Origin: Cirrosporium novae-zelandiae
Lineage: Eukaryota
DNA length: 64,000 bases
Direction of reading: 5' to 3'
Assembly: GCA_026023565.1 (NCBI GenBank)
Contig: JAPETS010000001.1
Coordinates: 806,001-870,000, forward strand
Below are positions 50,197-64,000 of this stretch, piece by piece (position 1 is the stretch's first letter; every line of letters begins with the position of its first letter). The notes under the pieces were generated by a model. That model saw only the letters and a list, made by a program, of their open reading frames with translations. It had not been told where the DNA came from and did no database searches. Position numbers and translations under genes: made by a program.

Positions 50197-51555
50197 GGGG
50201 CATCGCATTAGCTGGGAATATGTCTGTGCCATAGGTATTGGTTCCAGCTACTTCGGCTATGGAAACTGTTGGATACCATTTTTCATGAGCGGCTGAAGCG
50301 TGGAGTTTGGGACTGGTTTGATTTGAAGTTCTCGAATATATCCATTCGTTTGTGTTAGCTTCCCTTATTATGAAATTTTTTGGTTGAATATTTACCCTTG
50401 TCATCAGTCAACCAAAGAATACAAGCACTAGTTGTATCCTAGTTTTGGATATTTGATACCGATGCATATATATATAGTTTCTGTGAAGATGCCCCAACCC
50501 ACGCCCTATTAGTTTTGGCTGATACGTTCCAAGCTATAAAGCAATAGTGTGACAGAACATTTGAAATCACAAAATCCATTTTGCTTTGGGACATTTCCAA
50601 GATGACATGTGCCGAAGTCGGCCTCCATCAAGGCTTAGAATTCGTTCTAGATATTTATTTGATTTAATGTTCATCCATATGTCAATGACCTGTTATAATT
50701 CTAACTACCTAGGTATCCAACCGCCAATCCTCCGTCCAGGGAAATGTTACTCTTCAACGGTTATTTTTGTATATTTCAATGTCATAGGGGTAACGTCTTC
50801 TACATCTCTAGACTATTTACTATTTTTTGGTATTGCCCTCTAGTTGATGGATAGGTTCTTGTGCTTTTTCACCTTTGCTCTTTCCATAGGCTGTAGTGCA
50901 GAGTTACACGTTCGAGAACCGATCCTGTTGACTGCTCAGCATCCGCTTTTCGATCCCTTATCTTTTCGATTTATACTATTTAAGGCTGTAGGAATATAAA
51001 TGCAAATACGAAAAAAGAAAAGAAAAAGACCATAGTTCCATTTAAGTAGATAAGTGTATCACCCTTCTTAATCATAGAACCTGTAACCATTCTTCAAGAG
51101 TAGGGGAGACTCTTGTGATATCTAGTCGTCTTATAAAGATGACCGAGATTGCTGTCAGTCACAGGGAGGATGTAACTCAGTAATAAGGTTTATTTCTTTG
51201 ATACACGGAGTTAAGTAGTGCGTGCTAGCAAATGCTAATATCAATACCTTGAATATTCCATGTACAACCCCTAGCGAATATATACAAGGGGGGATATTCT
51301 CGGGTAAGGCTAGACCAACCGACCCAAGAGTTTATAAACATAAACATCATATTATATATATCATTTAAACAACAAGCTAAATTATATCTTTCCAGTCATA
51401 ACCATAGGTATAAGCTGTAGTTACACCAATGACCTATTTGATGACACCTTCCCCAACGTGATGATAAAAACAAGAATACACATCATTATGATGCTTATAA
51501 TTTCCCTACCCATTATTTTGGCCTAAATACCTTTTTCCAAGGCTCTCCCTATAAA

Positions 51556-53451
51556 CTATCGAAATCCTTCGCCCTTATCTGACCCGGTAGTAGAAGATGG
51601 GTGGTCTTTTAGTGCTTTCCCCCATACATTCTCGAACTCGAGTTCAGTGCCACACTCCCCGCCTCCAACGGGGATGTTTGGTATACTAATGAGGCTTTCT
51701 TCCCCTCTTACAGCCATTTCGGTTGTTTTACCCTTGTTGCTTGGATCGTTGCTCTTCCCCGAGTCTGGCGACGATGGCGCAAAAGCGTAGGACTCTCCGT
51801 TACCGCAATTAGATCCAGGGCTCTCAAACTCGAAATTGCTACTATACACCACGGCAGCAAAAGCCTCTAGGTCTCTCACGCTTTCGATTGCTTGAAGGTA
51901 TTCGTTTGGTGGAGTGTCAGTGCCGATGGCGTGTGCCTGTCTTGTCATTACTGCTAAGATGTTGGCGAGTTTTGTCTTAGCTACTTTACGCTCCTCTTCT
52001 GTGACGTAGCTATCTGGAAGTTCGGAAACGCGGTAGTCCGTAGGGCCAGAGCCAAAGGGATCGATTTCAAATGCCGAGGGTGTGGATACGGAAGGCGCTG
52101 GTGTAGGTGGTGGCAGTTTGAATGCCTGAGTGGCGAGTTTTTGATCTACGAGGACGGAGAAGGAGGAGTCGAGGAGGAGGGTTAGCACATGGCTAAAGGG
52201 AGGGGAGTCGATGAGGTCAGAGGTTTCGTCTAGGAGACGGCGGAGGGAGGCTGGCGAGGAATGGGGTTGGGACGGGAAATCAAGGCCAGTTGGTTGAGAA
52301 AATGACATTCCTGATTCCTGGAGGACAAGATCTTCTTGGTCGCGCGGGGGTAGTATGAAGGAGAGCCATTTTTTAGATCTGCGTTAGAAGATGTTAATAA
52401 ATGTTGGCATATCCCAAGATTATTGTTTGTCAATACCTTCTTTCCTCTTCTGTGACACCCTCGACCCGTTTCCTGACCTCAATAGTCAACTCTGATAATC
52501 TTAAAAGCGTGATATCCTCTCTTGGACTTCTCGGCCCAAAAACCTCCTTCACCGCTGCCTCAACCTGTTCCCGGATTTCTCTCCAGCCACGATGTAATAA
52601 CCACCAGCTAAATGTTAGATAGCGACGGTTTGTCTCAAAATCATTCCCAAAAGCTTGTTCGAGGTTGTCATCATCATGGTTTTCAAGACTAATGGTAGAA
52701 TCGTCAGGGCGGCGCGAGGCTAGAGAAACGACACTGGAAAGATAGTTTCGTCGGCCGAGGAGGTTGAGTTGAATACGTGTAAGAAGCGTGAGGAGGGTGA
52801 GTGTGTATATTAATGTGAATGCGCGGGTGATGGCTGTTGAGTAATCAGATACACAATCTCAACCAAGAGGTTCCTTCTGGGAACATACAGCTGATCTTCA
52901 GTTCATTCCACAACTGAACCTTGCTTTTCCTCGGTTTCATTTGACTGGGCTCGGCCGTTGAATCTTGAATTTGACTTGCATGGATATAGCTTTCGCTTTG
53001 GAAGCTAGCCAGACTTCGCCCATCATCATCAATGGCACTTGGCGGACCAGAGCTTATCTCGGATGGTGCAAATTCGGAAGTAGTTGTAGTTCCTCGTGCT
53101 TTCTCAGCCTTTTTCTGCTGCAGCTCATGGGTGATCTGTTCAACGGGTAGAGCCTCTAGAATATTTTCGGCAGCAGTTGGGAGGAGGGCCAGGACAGTAT
53201 AGGTGCAATCGGTCTGGTTCTGTTCAAACCTCCTTCGCAAGCTGCGTATGTTGTGGTCAGAGAAGCCTCCTAGGATGTCGGAGTAGGACGAACTTCTCTT
53301 TTGCAATCCTATCACTACTCATACGCTCACGAGCTTCAGTAAACTTTGAAACAACATATTGAGTTGCGACATAGCCAACTCCTAAAACACCAAAACCAAT
53401 TGCAAAGTTGGTCCGATTGCGTCGGAGCCATCGTCTGGTGGCAGAAATCAT
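51556..53451 (-). CDS. PEX3: Peroxin Pex3, multi-exon
   Basis: RRWLRRNRTNFAIGFGVLGVGY, RIAKE.LRRRFEQNQTDCTYTVLALLP, LWNELKI, IQLNLLGRRNYL, LLDETSDLIDSP. Confidence 0.93.
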
Positions 53452-54084
53452 TTTGGGAGGGGAGAAGTCATCAGTCGCATAGTGACCATGAGTACAAAAT
53501 AAGGGAGTAGGATGTCACGTTGAAGTGTATTGTATGCAATAATTAGTTAGAGTTCTGCCTTTTGTTGCGTGTGATGCTGTGTAGATTGTTTGGTACTTAG
53601 CTACCGAACAAGGTATCCTCGGCTCGCAGCTCTACTGAGTATGTGACCTCACTCGCTCAGATGGGCTCAGATACGGGGGGCTGGAAGGGATTGACCGGGG
53701 ACCAAAGCCAGACCAACGGGGGGCAACAGGGGCCAAAGGGGCCGATTAAGGGGGGGATGTAGAGCCAGGAAAGTAGTTGAAAATTACAGGGTTCAAAATC
53801 ATTCATGCCCAATAATTCCAATTACCAACCAATCAAAATTCATATTTCTTCAAGCCACCCCACGCCGAATCGTCAGAGACTTTATTGTAATAGAGGGGTA
53901 ACAATTTCTATTCACTTTCATTCACATTCCTTTTGCCATACCTTTCATTCAAATGTGCCATGTGCGGAATTACCAATTTTTCTCTCATATCCACCTTTTC
54001 ACCTTCCTGTAACTATCCAGTCAATATCTACTCTTTTCGGAAAACCTCTCTGTTGACGCTCAATGTTGGGTGTCAAAAGTTAAC

Positions 54085-54921
54085 ATGGATCAACGAGGGC
54101 CCCACGAATACATAGTGGAAGTGTTCGCAGATCCAACGTGCGTTAAAGATGTTGTCAAAGGTAAGCCATAACCTCCATAGAAACCATCTCTCGGTTTTAT
54201 ATAACAAAATTTCAAGGTATTCTTCACACAATCTTCTTTCACCGCTATTTTCCACCACTGCGTCCAAAGTCCATCGATATCCTCGATCTCACTCTTCCCC
54301 TGGTTGACGATGCTGAACTGGAGACTCTGATCGATGCACGTACGACAACCTTAATTCGAATGCTATCATCGACAAATTCCCCAAACAGCAGTGTACGTGG
54401 GCGCATTGCTGTACAACTTTTCGAGAAGCGACGGCGAAAAGCCGGTGGATGGAATCTAGGATTTGGCGGCTTAGGTCAGAAAGCAGAAGAGGAAATCTGC
54501 TGGGAAATATGGAGTGTTGATGTAACACTCGCCACTCCTAAAACAGAAACAGGTCCGTTTGATTGTCGTCCTACTTATCTTCATGCAGTACTTTGTCAGT
54601 TGGGTCGGAATTATGCTATTTATATGCATTCAGTTAGAGTTCACCTGGAGACCTATAATCTAAATGATTCATGCAATGTTACCAAGCCTTATGGCAGCGC
54701 ACGACATAATGAATATCAGCTAACTCTCAATAGAGCGCATCAAAGTACGAAAAGCAATGGAAATGATGTTACAAAAGGCCGTCTTCAAAATAATTACCAT
54801 TGTCAACAACGACAAAGATCATATCCCACCTATTACCACCAGCGAGACAAATCCATTCCCCTATCGAATTGTCCTGAATCCTAAATCGCAAGGATGGAAT
54901 GGCCGATTAGGTCTCCACTAG
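54085..54921 (+). CDS. ATG101: Autophagy-related protein 101, 2 introns
   Basis: Spliced MDQRGPHEYIVEVFADPTCVKDVVKGILHTIFFHRYF, VQLFEKRRRK, EEEICWEIW, KDHIPPITTSETNPFPYRI. Confidence 0.88.
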
Positions 54922-55569
54922 TAATGAAACATAGGATTACTAGGTCATTAGCATTTACTGCTTCACTAGTAGCAAGACTACTTGAGAAACCTTCACTTCT
55001 CGACGTTTGTACAGGCGATGCCTAGAAGGAAAATAATGTTTGGAGAGGAACCTAATTTTCGATCCAACCAAACATATGCACCCAATATATTGAAGTCGCA
55101 ACGAAGAATGAGCGAATGGCTTTGTGCGTGATCTGAAGTGCTAAATACTAATTCCCAAGGTTATATACTACATCTGGGACTGTATAATGGTTGGATCTGG
55201 GATGGAGTTCTGGGAAAACTGGATAGATACCATTTGTCATGTGATACGTATGGAATGCCGACATCAACGACCCGTGTACTCTAAATACGCATCTTGGTGG
55301 AACTATGAAAGCATCGTTGTTTGTGCGATAAAAAGGCATAATAAACCTTGCGCGCTATACTTCCAAAAATCTATTCGCGACCACGCCAAAACCCTCCCCC
55401 CGGAACTACTTATATTCGAACTCCCCTGCCTACCAAATAAGGACATATCGTCTTTGTACCACGAGCTGTGGAACAATTAGACGTGGTCGAAGCATGCTCA
55501 CCGATTTCATGCTAGAACCTCCGATGAGACTAACTCAGGATACCGTTATTCTCTCGAGCTCTGAACATC

Positions 55570-56483
55570 TTATGTAGAGTGAAGCTTGCTAGCTTGTTCA
55601 GCCTGCGCTCGCAGGTTGGCGGATGTAGAGCCGGATTGAAAAAATCGAGAAAATATTGGTTGGAGGAAGGAGCGGAACATGATTTGGGCGCCACTATGAA
55701 GAAGTTAATAATAGGCTTGACTTTATAGTCGGAAATGCGTACGCAGTCTGGGGAAGAGCCATCCAGAGGACAAGGCAGAACTTGAAGGTGTAGTAGAATG
55801 CTATAAATTGATTAGCAATGAAAAACAGGTGCAAATTTCTATCATGTTCAGGAGACATACGGAACCAGTAGACAGCATTAACACCACTCTCAAAGACACT
55901 CAGGAAGGCATAAGTCACCCAGTACTATATATCAAATATTAGCGATCGATATCTTTAAACAAAACTAGCAAGTTATTGCTATCAACATACGGTGAGCCAC
56001 TGAGTATCATCTGTCTTGCCGGAACTGAAAAGAGCTTCCAGCGAGTAATATCCCGGAAGGACAAAACCAGCGAAGTTTACAAGAAACTGGCCGCCGATGT
56101 TGAAAAACACCAAGAAGAAGTATACACCAACGATGCCGAGGCAGACATAAACCTTTGGGACGGAGGTTTGTTTCTCAAAGTTATTGAGTGCAGGATATTT
56201 GGAAAGCTATAGTTGACGTGTTAGCATGTGAAAATATCTCAAACATCATCTTCCATCAAAGTGCGCCAAGGGCCACGAAAGTCTGTGTGACTAGAGTATC
56301 TAGGAGATGCTCTACAGGGGAATGGAGATGTCATCTGGCTTGGCAGTTATGATCTTAGATGTATATTCTCCCTTGTCTCAAGTGGAAAGAGGAGTAACCA
56401 CATGGAAAGATAGTAAAAAGCAATGAGCATACCTCCTTATCAAGCTGGTTGATGTTATGCTGGACACGGTCTTGGAACGACAT
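55570..56483 (-). CDS. YOP1: Yop1/REEP (TB2/DP1/HVA22) ER-shaping protein, multi-exon
   Basis: MSFQDRVQHNINQLDKE, YPALNNFEKQTSVPKVY, PGYYSLEAL, DDTQWLTYWVTYAFLSVFE, FKFCLVLWMALPQT. Confidence 0.92.
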
Positions 56484-59201
56484 ATTGGCTGATGGATAGC
56501 GGGAATCTAAGTAGGTATTCGGTTGTTGTACTGTGGTAGTTTGTTATAGGAATAGCTAGTCGGTGAATAGTTGAGGGGAGAAATGGAAGAGGATGAATTT
56601 AGAAGAGGAATTCGAAGAAACGATGACGATGCAAATACGGTTGGTTGTGGGCAAAGTAAATGAAAGTATGTAGGAAGCCTGGACCGACGTAATGTCAAGT
56701 GAGTGGGCAGAGATCGAATGGCACAAATGGGGGTTGGAGGAGGGCTCAAGTCAAGGCAGTTGGTGGCAGGATGTTGGCTGCAAGGGAAGGTTTGCCTTGT
56801 TCCATTTATGGTTTAGCCTCTTTTCTTTTTTTGTAAGCCACCCTTGTTTATGCGAACCACCGTCCACCAACCACGAATCATGAAGCTGGAATTTTATACA
56901 GTTATAATAGTATTACTAGTACTAGATAAGCCTTTGTCTATCCTTCCCCTTATTTTATATCACGACCCTTTCTTCTTCCAATTCACACTTTCACACAGCT
57001 ACTACTAGTTAGTTAACTCTATTCTTAATGTCTGTGGTAGGATCAATGGTCTGACTGGAATTAACCGTTCTTACCTTTCATCTCTATCTTTTCTTCTATC
57101 TCATATATTATTTGAAATCTTCTATCATTTTTTTAAAGAGGTAGGCCATTGAAGCACTGCGGAAAGAACAAAATAGAAAGGTACAAGGAAGAAGATCATA
57201 AAACCAGCGATGGGTGATCAACAAGCAGGAAAAGAGACATCAGGGTTGATGATCTGAAAAATATGAAGGGGATTGCAGGATAATCCTAGATGATCCAAGC
57301 AATATGTCGAAGGATGAAACATAGTCCACACTCATGGTTATTGGGGACAAAATTAAGAAACTATGAATTTGTGTTAGCAAAAATAGGAATCACAAACACC
57401 AGTATGAAAAGATTGATGAGTTCTCAAGACCAGTTCAAATGGTTACATAGTACTCATGCTGCCGCGATTATATAAAACACGGCATTGAATATTAACCTTT
57501 CCAACCAGTGATTCACTAATTGTTACCTATTTCCTTCCTAACATTATTTTCCCTGTCTCTTTTGTATCCAGCTACCCCTTTATTTATCTGTCCTATCCAA
57601 TACCATCAACCAACCTTAATCTTCCTAGCTTTTCGAAGGTTACTTAATTACCTCGTCTCGGTCATAACATCGTTATGTACATGTACCCTCTACATGCCTG
57701 TGCACGTCCAATAATCTCCACTATTCCCTACCGATCACCTTCGATGGTCGTCCCAGAGCCGTGTGTTGTGTGTTTTAAATTGTGCTGGGAGATAATTTTC
57801 TCAGTATCAGAGATGGTGTCCGAGATATGGGCTGACAAGGTGTCCATCTTTGTTTATGTATTCATAGCGTTAGCTTATATCATGCTACTGGATATAAGTG
57901 TTAGATATAGGTAAAGGATTTAAGAGGACCCCTTATGGAAGATGAAGGTATGGAGGGCTATATATATATATCCCCATACTCCTCAGTTTGAGAAGCGAGA
58001 TCATTAGATTTGAGCCTTGGTCTTGGAATTTGGTCATAATGGTGATGGATCGCGAGGTTTAAGATCTGAGTTACCTACTTTTTACATATGCTGCAGCAGT
58101 ATTGTTACGGATGCCAAGCCACATACACGTGACACTATATGATTTTAGGTCACATGACTCACCCTCTATAGAGCTCTCTGAGTTCGCACCTTGGCTTCTA
58201 GATCTAAGTCAATATATCCGCACCAGTTATACCCCTAGATAAGAGCTTCACTGAGCCTATATCCTAAGCGTTGTAACAAATATCATACGACTCCAACGTA
58301 TGTACAGGTTACTTCGTATAAAGGTACTTTGCATGAAATGGCCAGCGATAATATGTTGATCAATAACGACTTACACATGCTGAGGACTAGGCTTATGCGT
58401 CTAGGATTAAGATTGCTAGGCTGAGCTGTCAATAGTACATCATGTCGTGCCTATGATAAGTCTAGTATATTGATGTGTTCATGTTTCATCAGGAAATAGT
58501 AGCCATCAATGTTGAGCGCTCTCTTCCATTTAACTACCGAAGTTATCAACTGTATTCAAAAGCAATAAAATTCACCGATTTGTACTGAAGAGGCGTGAGA
58601 GCAAAAAAAGGGCAATGGCTTCTCGTATGAATGATGATTGAAGAGATTCAATAGTAAGAAAAAAAAACATTCCTACAATAGTATTTTAAGCCATATTCAA
58701 CACTGTCGATATCAGAATAAAATGGTTAAGTTAATATGGCTGGAGAAAGGGGGGAGATATTCTGCTGAGAAGAAAGAAAAAGAGACCAAAGTTATTGTAC
58801 TGTACATTACTTCTGTATAATAAAATATGACACCTGAAAGCGGTAAGGCTGGTTAGTTGTTATCTAATTATGGTTTAGCGTGGCAATCCTTGTTCTTTTT
58901 CCACCGGAAAATGTAAGTTGCGTTCGGATGTTCCCACAGTAACTAACATTTGTTTACCAACCACCAACAACCAGCAAATATCATCGTTGACAGCGACTTA
59001 GGCAATTGTCGCCAGGGCGTCGGCCTTGTTGCAGAAGTACTAATTCTTATCTTAGCCAGTTCTACCAGAAAGTCGAAAGGCGTTGTGCCAATCTACGGTG
59101 TGGATCATAGGCTCCCTCATAACAATTTGGCATCCAGCCTCCCACAAAGGCTGTAACAGTCAACACAATCATTTCGATTGTGAAGAAGTCGAACAGTGAG
59201 G

Positions 59202-61801
59202 ATGGAACGGTCGAATAGCAATAGTGGAGCTAGTGAGTTTATGAAAATCCTCCATCTCCCATTTGGGCAGATTGTTGCCCAGGCAATATAGACCCGGCTT
59301 CTGACACGATCATCTTAGGCCGGCAGTCCGTAGTAGCACCTTCCCGACCATCGCGTTCGAGGTCAAATACAGCAAATTCGATAAATGCTCGACCAAAGTC
59401 AAGGGCATCGACGACAAGTATCCAGTCTGCTGGCTCGAAATTTGCGCTGCCGCCGCAAAGAGGCCAGGAAAATGTTGTATATCACCAGCAATTTACACAT
59501 CCTCCCATGCCAGCTGACGCCGGTAACATGAATATTCAGCATATGCCTACAATGCAAAATATGCAGGGCCAATATTATGTTGATCCAGCATTGCAACCGG
59601 TTCCCCCTAATCAAGCCAATCGAGGAATGACATTCCAACCCCTACGCAGCTATGATCAGAACTTATCAGTACAATACAGCGCACTGCAAGGATACAGCCG
59701 CGTGCAAGCTCCAGGCCAAGATAATTTTCGAGAAGAAACAACCGCCGTCGTTAAAAAGGTCAAGAAAGGCTCTGCGTCTAGTATTGCTAACGACAATGAG
59801 TTGCGACGATTGCATCGGGAGAACCAAGGAAGGTCATTGAAAGATGTGGCTCGTCAAGTGCTCGAGTATGACCGAGGTCCAAAATCGGAGAAGATGAAAC
59901 AAATTTTCGCAATGCTTTGGTAAGGCTTTTGCAGCAGCAAGGGTGGATTTGAACTAACGACGTGACAGGCTGGAATCGGTTTGTAAAAGACAAAATAACT
60001 CTTCTGTACCTCGAAATCGAGTATTTTCACACTATGCGAATCGATGTGGAACAGAGAGAGTATCCCCATTAAACCCGGCTTCTTTTGGGAAATTGGTACG
60101 CATAATCTTCCCTGGAATTCACACTCGACGACTTGGTGTGAGAGGCGAGTCCAAATATCATTACGTGGACCTTACTTTAGAGGAAGACCAACAAGACTTG
60201 ATAGCAGCTCAGAAAGCACGAGCTACTGCATGGGATCAAGCATTCTCCACACAACAAGGCCAATCTGGTAGAAGGTAGTTCCCTTTAATTTTACCTGTCT
60301 TATTTGCCATGTTTGCTAAATCTCTCCCATCAGCAGTGTTAGCGGCGTATCTCAACTTCCAGCTGATACCTCACTGTTTCCATCTCCTAGTGACTCATTC
60401 CATAATAATCAACACCGGCCTAACCCACAGAGTCTACCGCTTGTAGCTGTGTCTTATGGGGTGTTTTCAGCGCCCTTGAGCCCCGGTTCTGTCTTTAATG
60501 TTTCACCAACAAGTGTCATTAAACGGCCTCTGAAGTTTTCCATGGCTGAAGAGCTCCCTTTCAGCAACGACCCTATTGAACTACCTAACATTCATAACTT
60601 TGTTCCATCTGGAACTGATCGCGACACTGCAGAATCTCTCAACGCCCTGTATCGCTCACATGTCGTATCTGTCATTGACTGCCTTCGCTTCTGCAAAGAA
60701 AAGCAGCTCTTCCAACACTACGTTTCGTTTCATGGCACATTGACTGTCCCTGTGCAGAAGCTGCTCTCAGAAGAAACTTTAGCTCCCTGGATCAAGGCCT
60801 GTGACTGGTTAATGTATCAGAACATGATCAGATGTGTAGGACCACTTACCCTTCAGGTGCTTCCAGCTCCCGTCTTGTCAATTCTCAAGGCAATCTCTGA
60901 GCATTTGACACCCCATATTGCCACAACTTTCCGCAATCTTCCACCCCACGTTGTGACTGCAAAACTTGAGCCAGCAACTATATTCGCCAGGCTTGTAACC
61001 CGTCTTCTTAGGGTCAACGAGTTGTCTCATAATGCCGCAAACCTTCTCTGTCATGATGCAAACCGCAACCAGATGTGGAAAGATTGGGTTATGCATGTCA
61101 AGCCGACATTGATTGTCGAGTCTTCGGTGCCAATTTGTGGTTTTAGCCAAGTACTGGACATTCTTACACGTGAAATACGCGTTCTATTGACACCTCTTGA
61201 AGACACAACCTTCATGACCGAATCTGGAATTTACACTGGAGAGCCAAATTCAAATCCGTTACCACAAATAAATCCTTTGGAAAGTCACCTCGACCGTTGG
61301 AGTACTTTCCTCACTTCACTCCCTTCACGATTTCCCGGCCTGGCTGAACACCCCAAGCTCGTAATCAACTGTATCAATAATGTGGGTTCTGCCGTAATCC
61401 GAGACATAACCTTAGGTCAAGGACAGAGTTTTGGATATTGGTGGGTTCTCAAAGCGTGGATCGACGAGATGATGCAGTGGTTGGCAGAAAAAGGAGGCTT
61501 TATGGACTACTCGACTGGACCATGCAGACCTAATCCTGTTTCCGCATCACTAACTATGGACATCACGACCGACAATGCATTTGGTTCACGACCACAAACA
61601 GCTGCTAGTCACCACACCGAAGGCGAGGTTGAAATTGATTTTTCTCTTCCTTCCACAGCAGGTGACCACAAGCTCCAGCTATCAGATTTGCAGAACGGCA
61701 ATCATGATGACAGTGCAATCAGTTTGGGAGAGGACTTCAAGGCAGAATGGGGAGCAAATATTCCTTCTGACCCAAATGCTGAGGATGTTGTTGTGCGGTA
61801 G
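59202..61801 (+). CDS. RFX1: RFX-family winged-helix transcription factor (CPCR1/RfxA/Sak1-like), multi-exon
   Basis: RPKSRASTTSIQS; SEKMKQIFAMLW; VPRNRVFSHYANRC; LNPASFGKLVRIIFPGIHTRRLGVRGESKYHY (RFX DNA-binding domain). Confidence 0.92.
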
Positions 61802-62861
61802 GAACGGATAGAAAAGAGAGGATACGATAATAGTGGGGAGAGTATCCTACTTAATTTCATTCAGACCATCATTTTCACGTTACAAACGGGTCACGATTTA
61901 TATGAAGGCATACGACTGTGACGATAGCAAAATAGGAGGTTGGGTTTACATTTTCAGGAATAGGACTAGGGATAAGGCAGGTTTCTACTATGATGAAGAT
62001 ACAAAATCATCACCTAGGAAACGGAAATGGTATCTATTTCAATGGATTCGGGGAAAGGTGTATTGGCAATGCGAATGGCCAGACGGCCTCGTGGCGGTAT
62101 TGTGCTTTTATCTATCAGCTAAATGGGTAGTTTGCTTGTGAGATTGGATACGTGTGTGTGAATATGCAAGCATGGTGACTTTATTCTATGATCGCTTGAG
62201 GGGCTTGTTCGTGTTGTATACGTCAAGGTGCTTGATAGCAGGATTAGGCGAGGAGGATTGAAACAAACCATAGACGCTTTTAGAGGGAATGAACACAATC
62301 TATGAGGCATATGCGTTGTCCTTAGGATCCTTTTCTATAAGCGTACTCACACCAGCTTTTTAAAATTTCTCCATTATCCTATAGTTTATATGGCAACTGA
62401 CTTTAAACTCTAGAAATAGATATTTCCCCCCTTCACATGTCCGCTCCCCTACTCTTTACATAGTTCAAAGTAGAACGAGTAATGATCATGCATATCATGT
62501 ACTTACAATCGTCCAACTTCACAAAATCCAAGTATATAACTTAGCTAGCTCGTCGGTACTCATCCATCCCGCTTACATGTCATATGACCATCCATCATAT
62601 CCCTAAGCGTCGCGATCATTCATGAAAATCATAATACTCGTTTTTTATTTTTTCTTCCTTTCATCCGAATAGAAAATAGTGGTTTCCAACGGCTTGGGCT
62701 CCTAGACGCCACACAAAAATGCCAATCAATGATATTAAATTGAATTTTTATTTCTTTCTATATTTTCTTCTTCCACCACTCTCTCCCTAGGGCACCAAAT
62801 CATCCTCTCTCTTTTGCTCAATGGTATCCAGCTTAGCATGGAGCATACTTAGGCTAGATAG

Positions 62862-64000
62862 TTATTTGAATTCTGACTTAGGAAAATATCTTGGGCCTGC
62901 GAATCCATGGACCATGACGCTCTGGATGTCGATATTGGAGTCGCGAGCTGGGGACCACATTTTTAAGAGAATGAAGCGGGCTGAGCTATACATTCATCCG
63001 TACTGTTAGAGTCATAACTTTTTTGTTTCTCTGATTGGTGGGGTAGAAGCTATTCTATTCAAACTTACAGTGGTGGGTCAAACTTAATGTTAATCATGCT
63101 CTTATCCTTCTCGATAAAGAATCTCGCATTCGGACTCATGACTTCGAGTTCAGTTTTGCTGTTATTGGCGGGATCACTAGGGCCTGAGCCTGAACCCCTC
63201 ATAGGTGGCGCGCTCAACTCAATCCTACTTGGCGTAGAGCGCCTTGAGATGGGAAGGAGACGTGGACGATGAAAGCTCCGTGGGTATTGTTCTTGTTCTT
63301 CTTCGTCGGAGGAGTCGCAATTGGAATCTGGGTCACGACTTGAAGAGGCAGTAACTGTTACTTGGACTTGTGGGGTTGGGTCTGGGGGTAGATTTCGGTG
63401 GACGGTTGCGGTTGGGAGGCGCCGGCTCCGGCGTACTCTGTGGATAGGGTGTTGAGACGGAGGGTCGCCTTCCGGATCGGAGTCGGAAGAAGTAGATTTA
63501 TCATCATCGTCATCCTCGCGGGCATCGCCATCCGAGTCCGAGGTATGACCGTATAGCTCGTACGGGTCGTATGGATCAATCATGCGATGGTGGGGAGACT
63601 GTGGATATTGTAAAGTGGTGAGGTCGTAAAGGGGATCGTGATCGGATTCAGATCCAGATTCAGAATCTCTATTCTCGTCGCGGCCATTTTCTCCCTCTCC
63701 CTCTCCTTCTCCTTCGTTGTTGTCGTCCTCGTCCTCGTCAGAGACATATTCATACATATTACCGGAGTTATAGGGAGGCCCCTGGCGGGGCCGTGAGGGA
63801 CGGAGAGTAGAGTGGTTTTGATTGTGACGGGAACATTTTCGTGATTTGCGCGGGGAACTATAATGGATTTCGTAGCGAGCAGTGCGATCGAGGAGTTCAT
63901 CGGAGGTCATGGAGACAAACACCATACCTTCCTGGACACTATAGTAGAGTGTTAGTGTGATGGTATACAAAGATTAGTGCGAAGCACATACGGCGCAGAA
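62862..64000 (-). CDS. 3' part of conserved hypothetical fungal protein with acidic low-complexity middle (runs off window end)
   Basis: Exons VQEGMVFVSMTSDELLDRTARYEIHYS ... PNARFFIEKDKSMINIKFDPP | ARFILLKMWSP..DSNIDIQSVMVHGFAGPRYFP; splice signals flank the exons. Confidence 0.7.

Overview
Gene-dense window of a filamentous ascomycete (Pezizomycotina) nuclear genome with short GT-AG introns and CTAAC-type branch points. It holds 20 protein-coding genes, mostly recognisable housekeeping or regulatory ones: CAF16-like ABC ATPase (3' end), ELP2, URM1, PFK2/FBPase-2, TOM40, GSK3, CBP80, ERG3, AZF1-like, TUP1/rco-1, FLX1-like carrier, HSH49/SF3B4, TRS33, MDH, eL28, a small DUF2015-like protein, PEX3, ATG101, YOP1 and an RFX factor, plus a truncated hypothetical gene at the right edge. 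It also holds three tRNA genes and a MITE-like foldback. Main observation: two of the three tRNA genes, tRNA-Arg(CCU) at 39660-39821 and tRNA-Thr(AGU) at 48025-48180, each carry a 56-nt spliceosomal-type intron (GTAAG...TTCTAAC...YAG) in addition to a normal tRNA-endonuclease intron after base 37. One sits in the anticodon stem, the other at the T-stem/T-loop (B-box) junction. Removing exactly the GT-AG segments restores standard cloverleaves, which suggests tRNAs matured by both the spliceosome and the tRNA splicing endonuclease. Gene identities come from recalled family motifs and exon boundaries were read by eye; no database searches were run.
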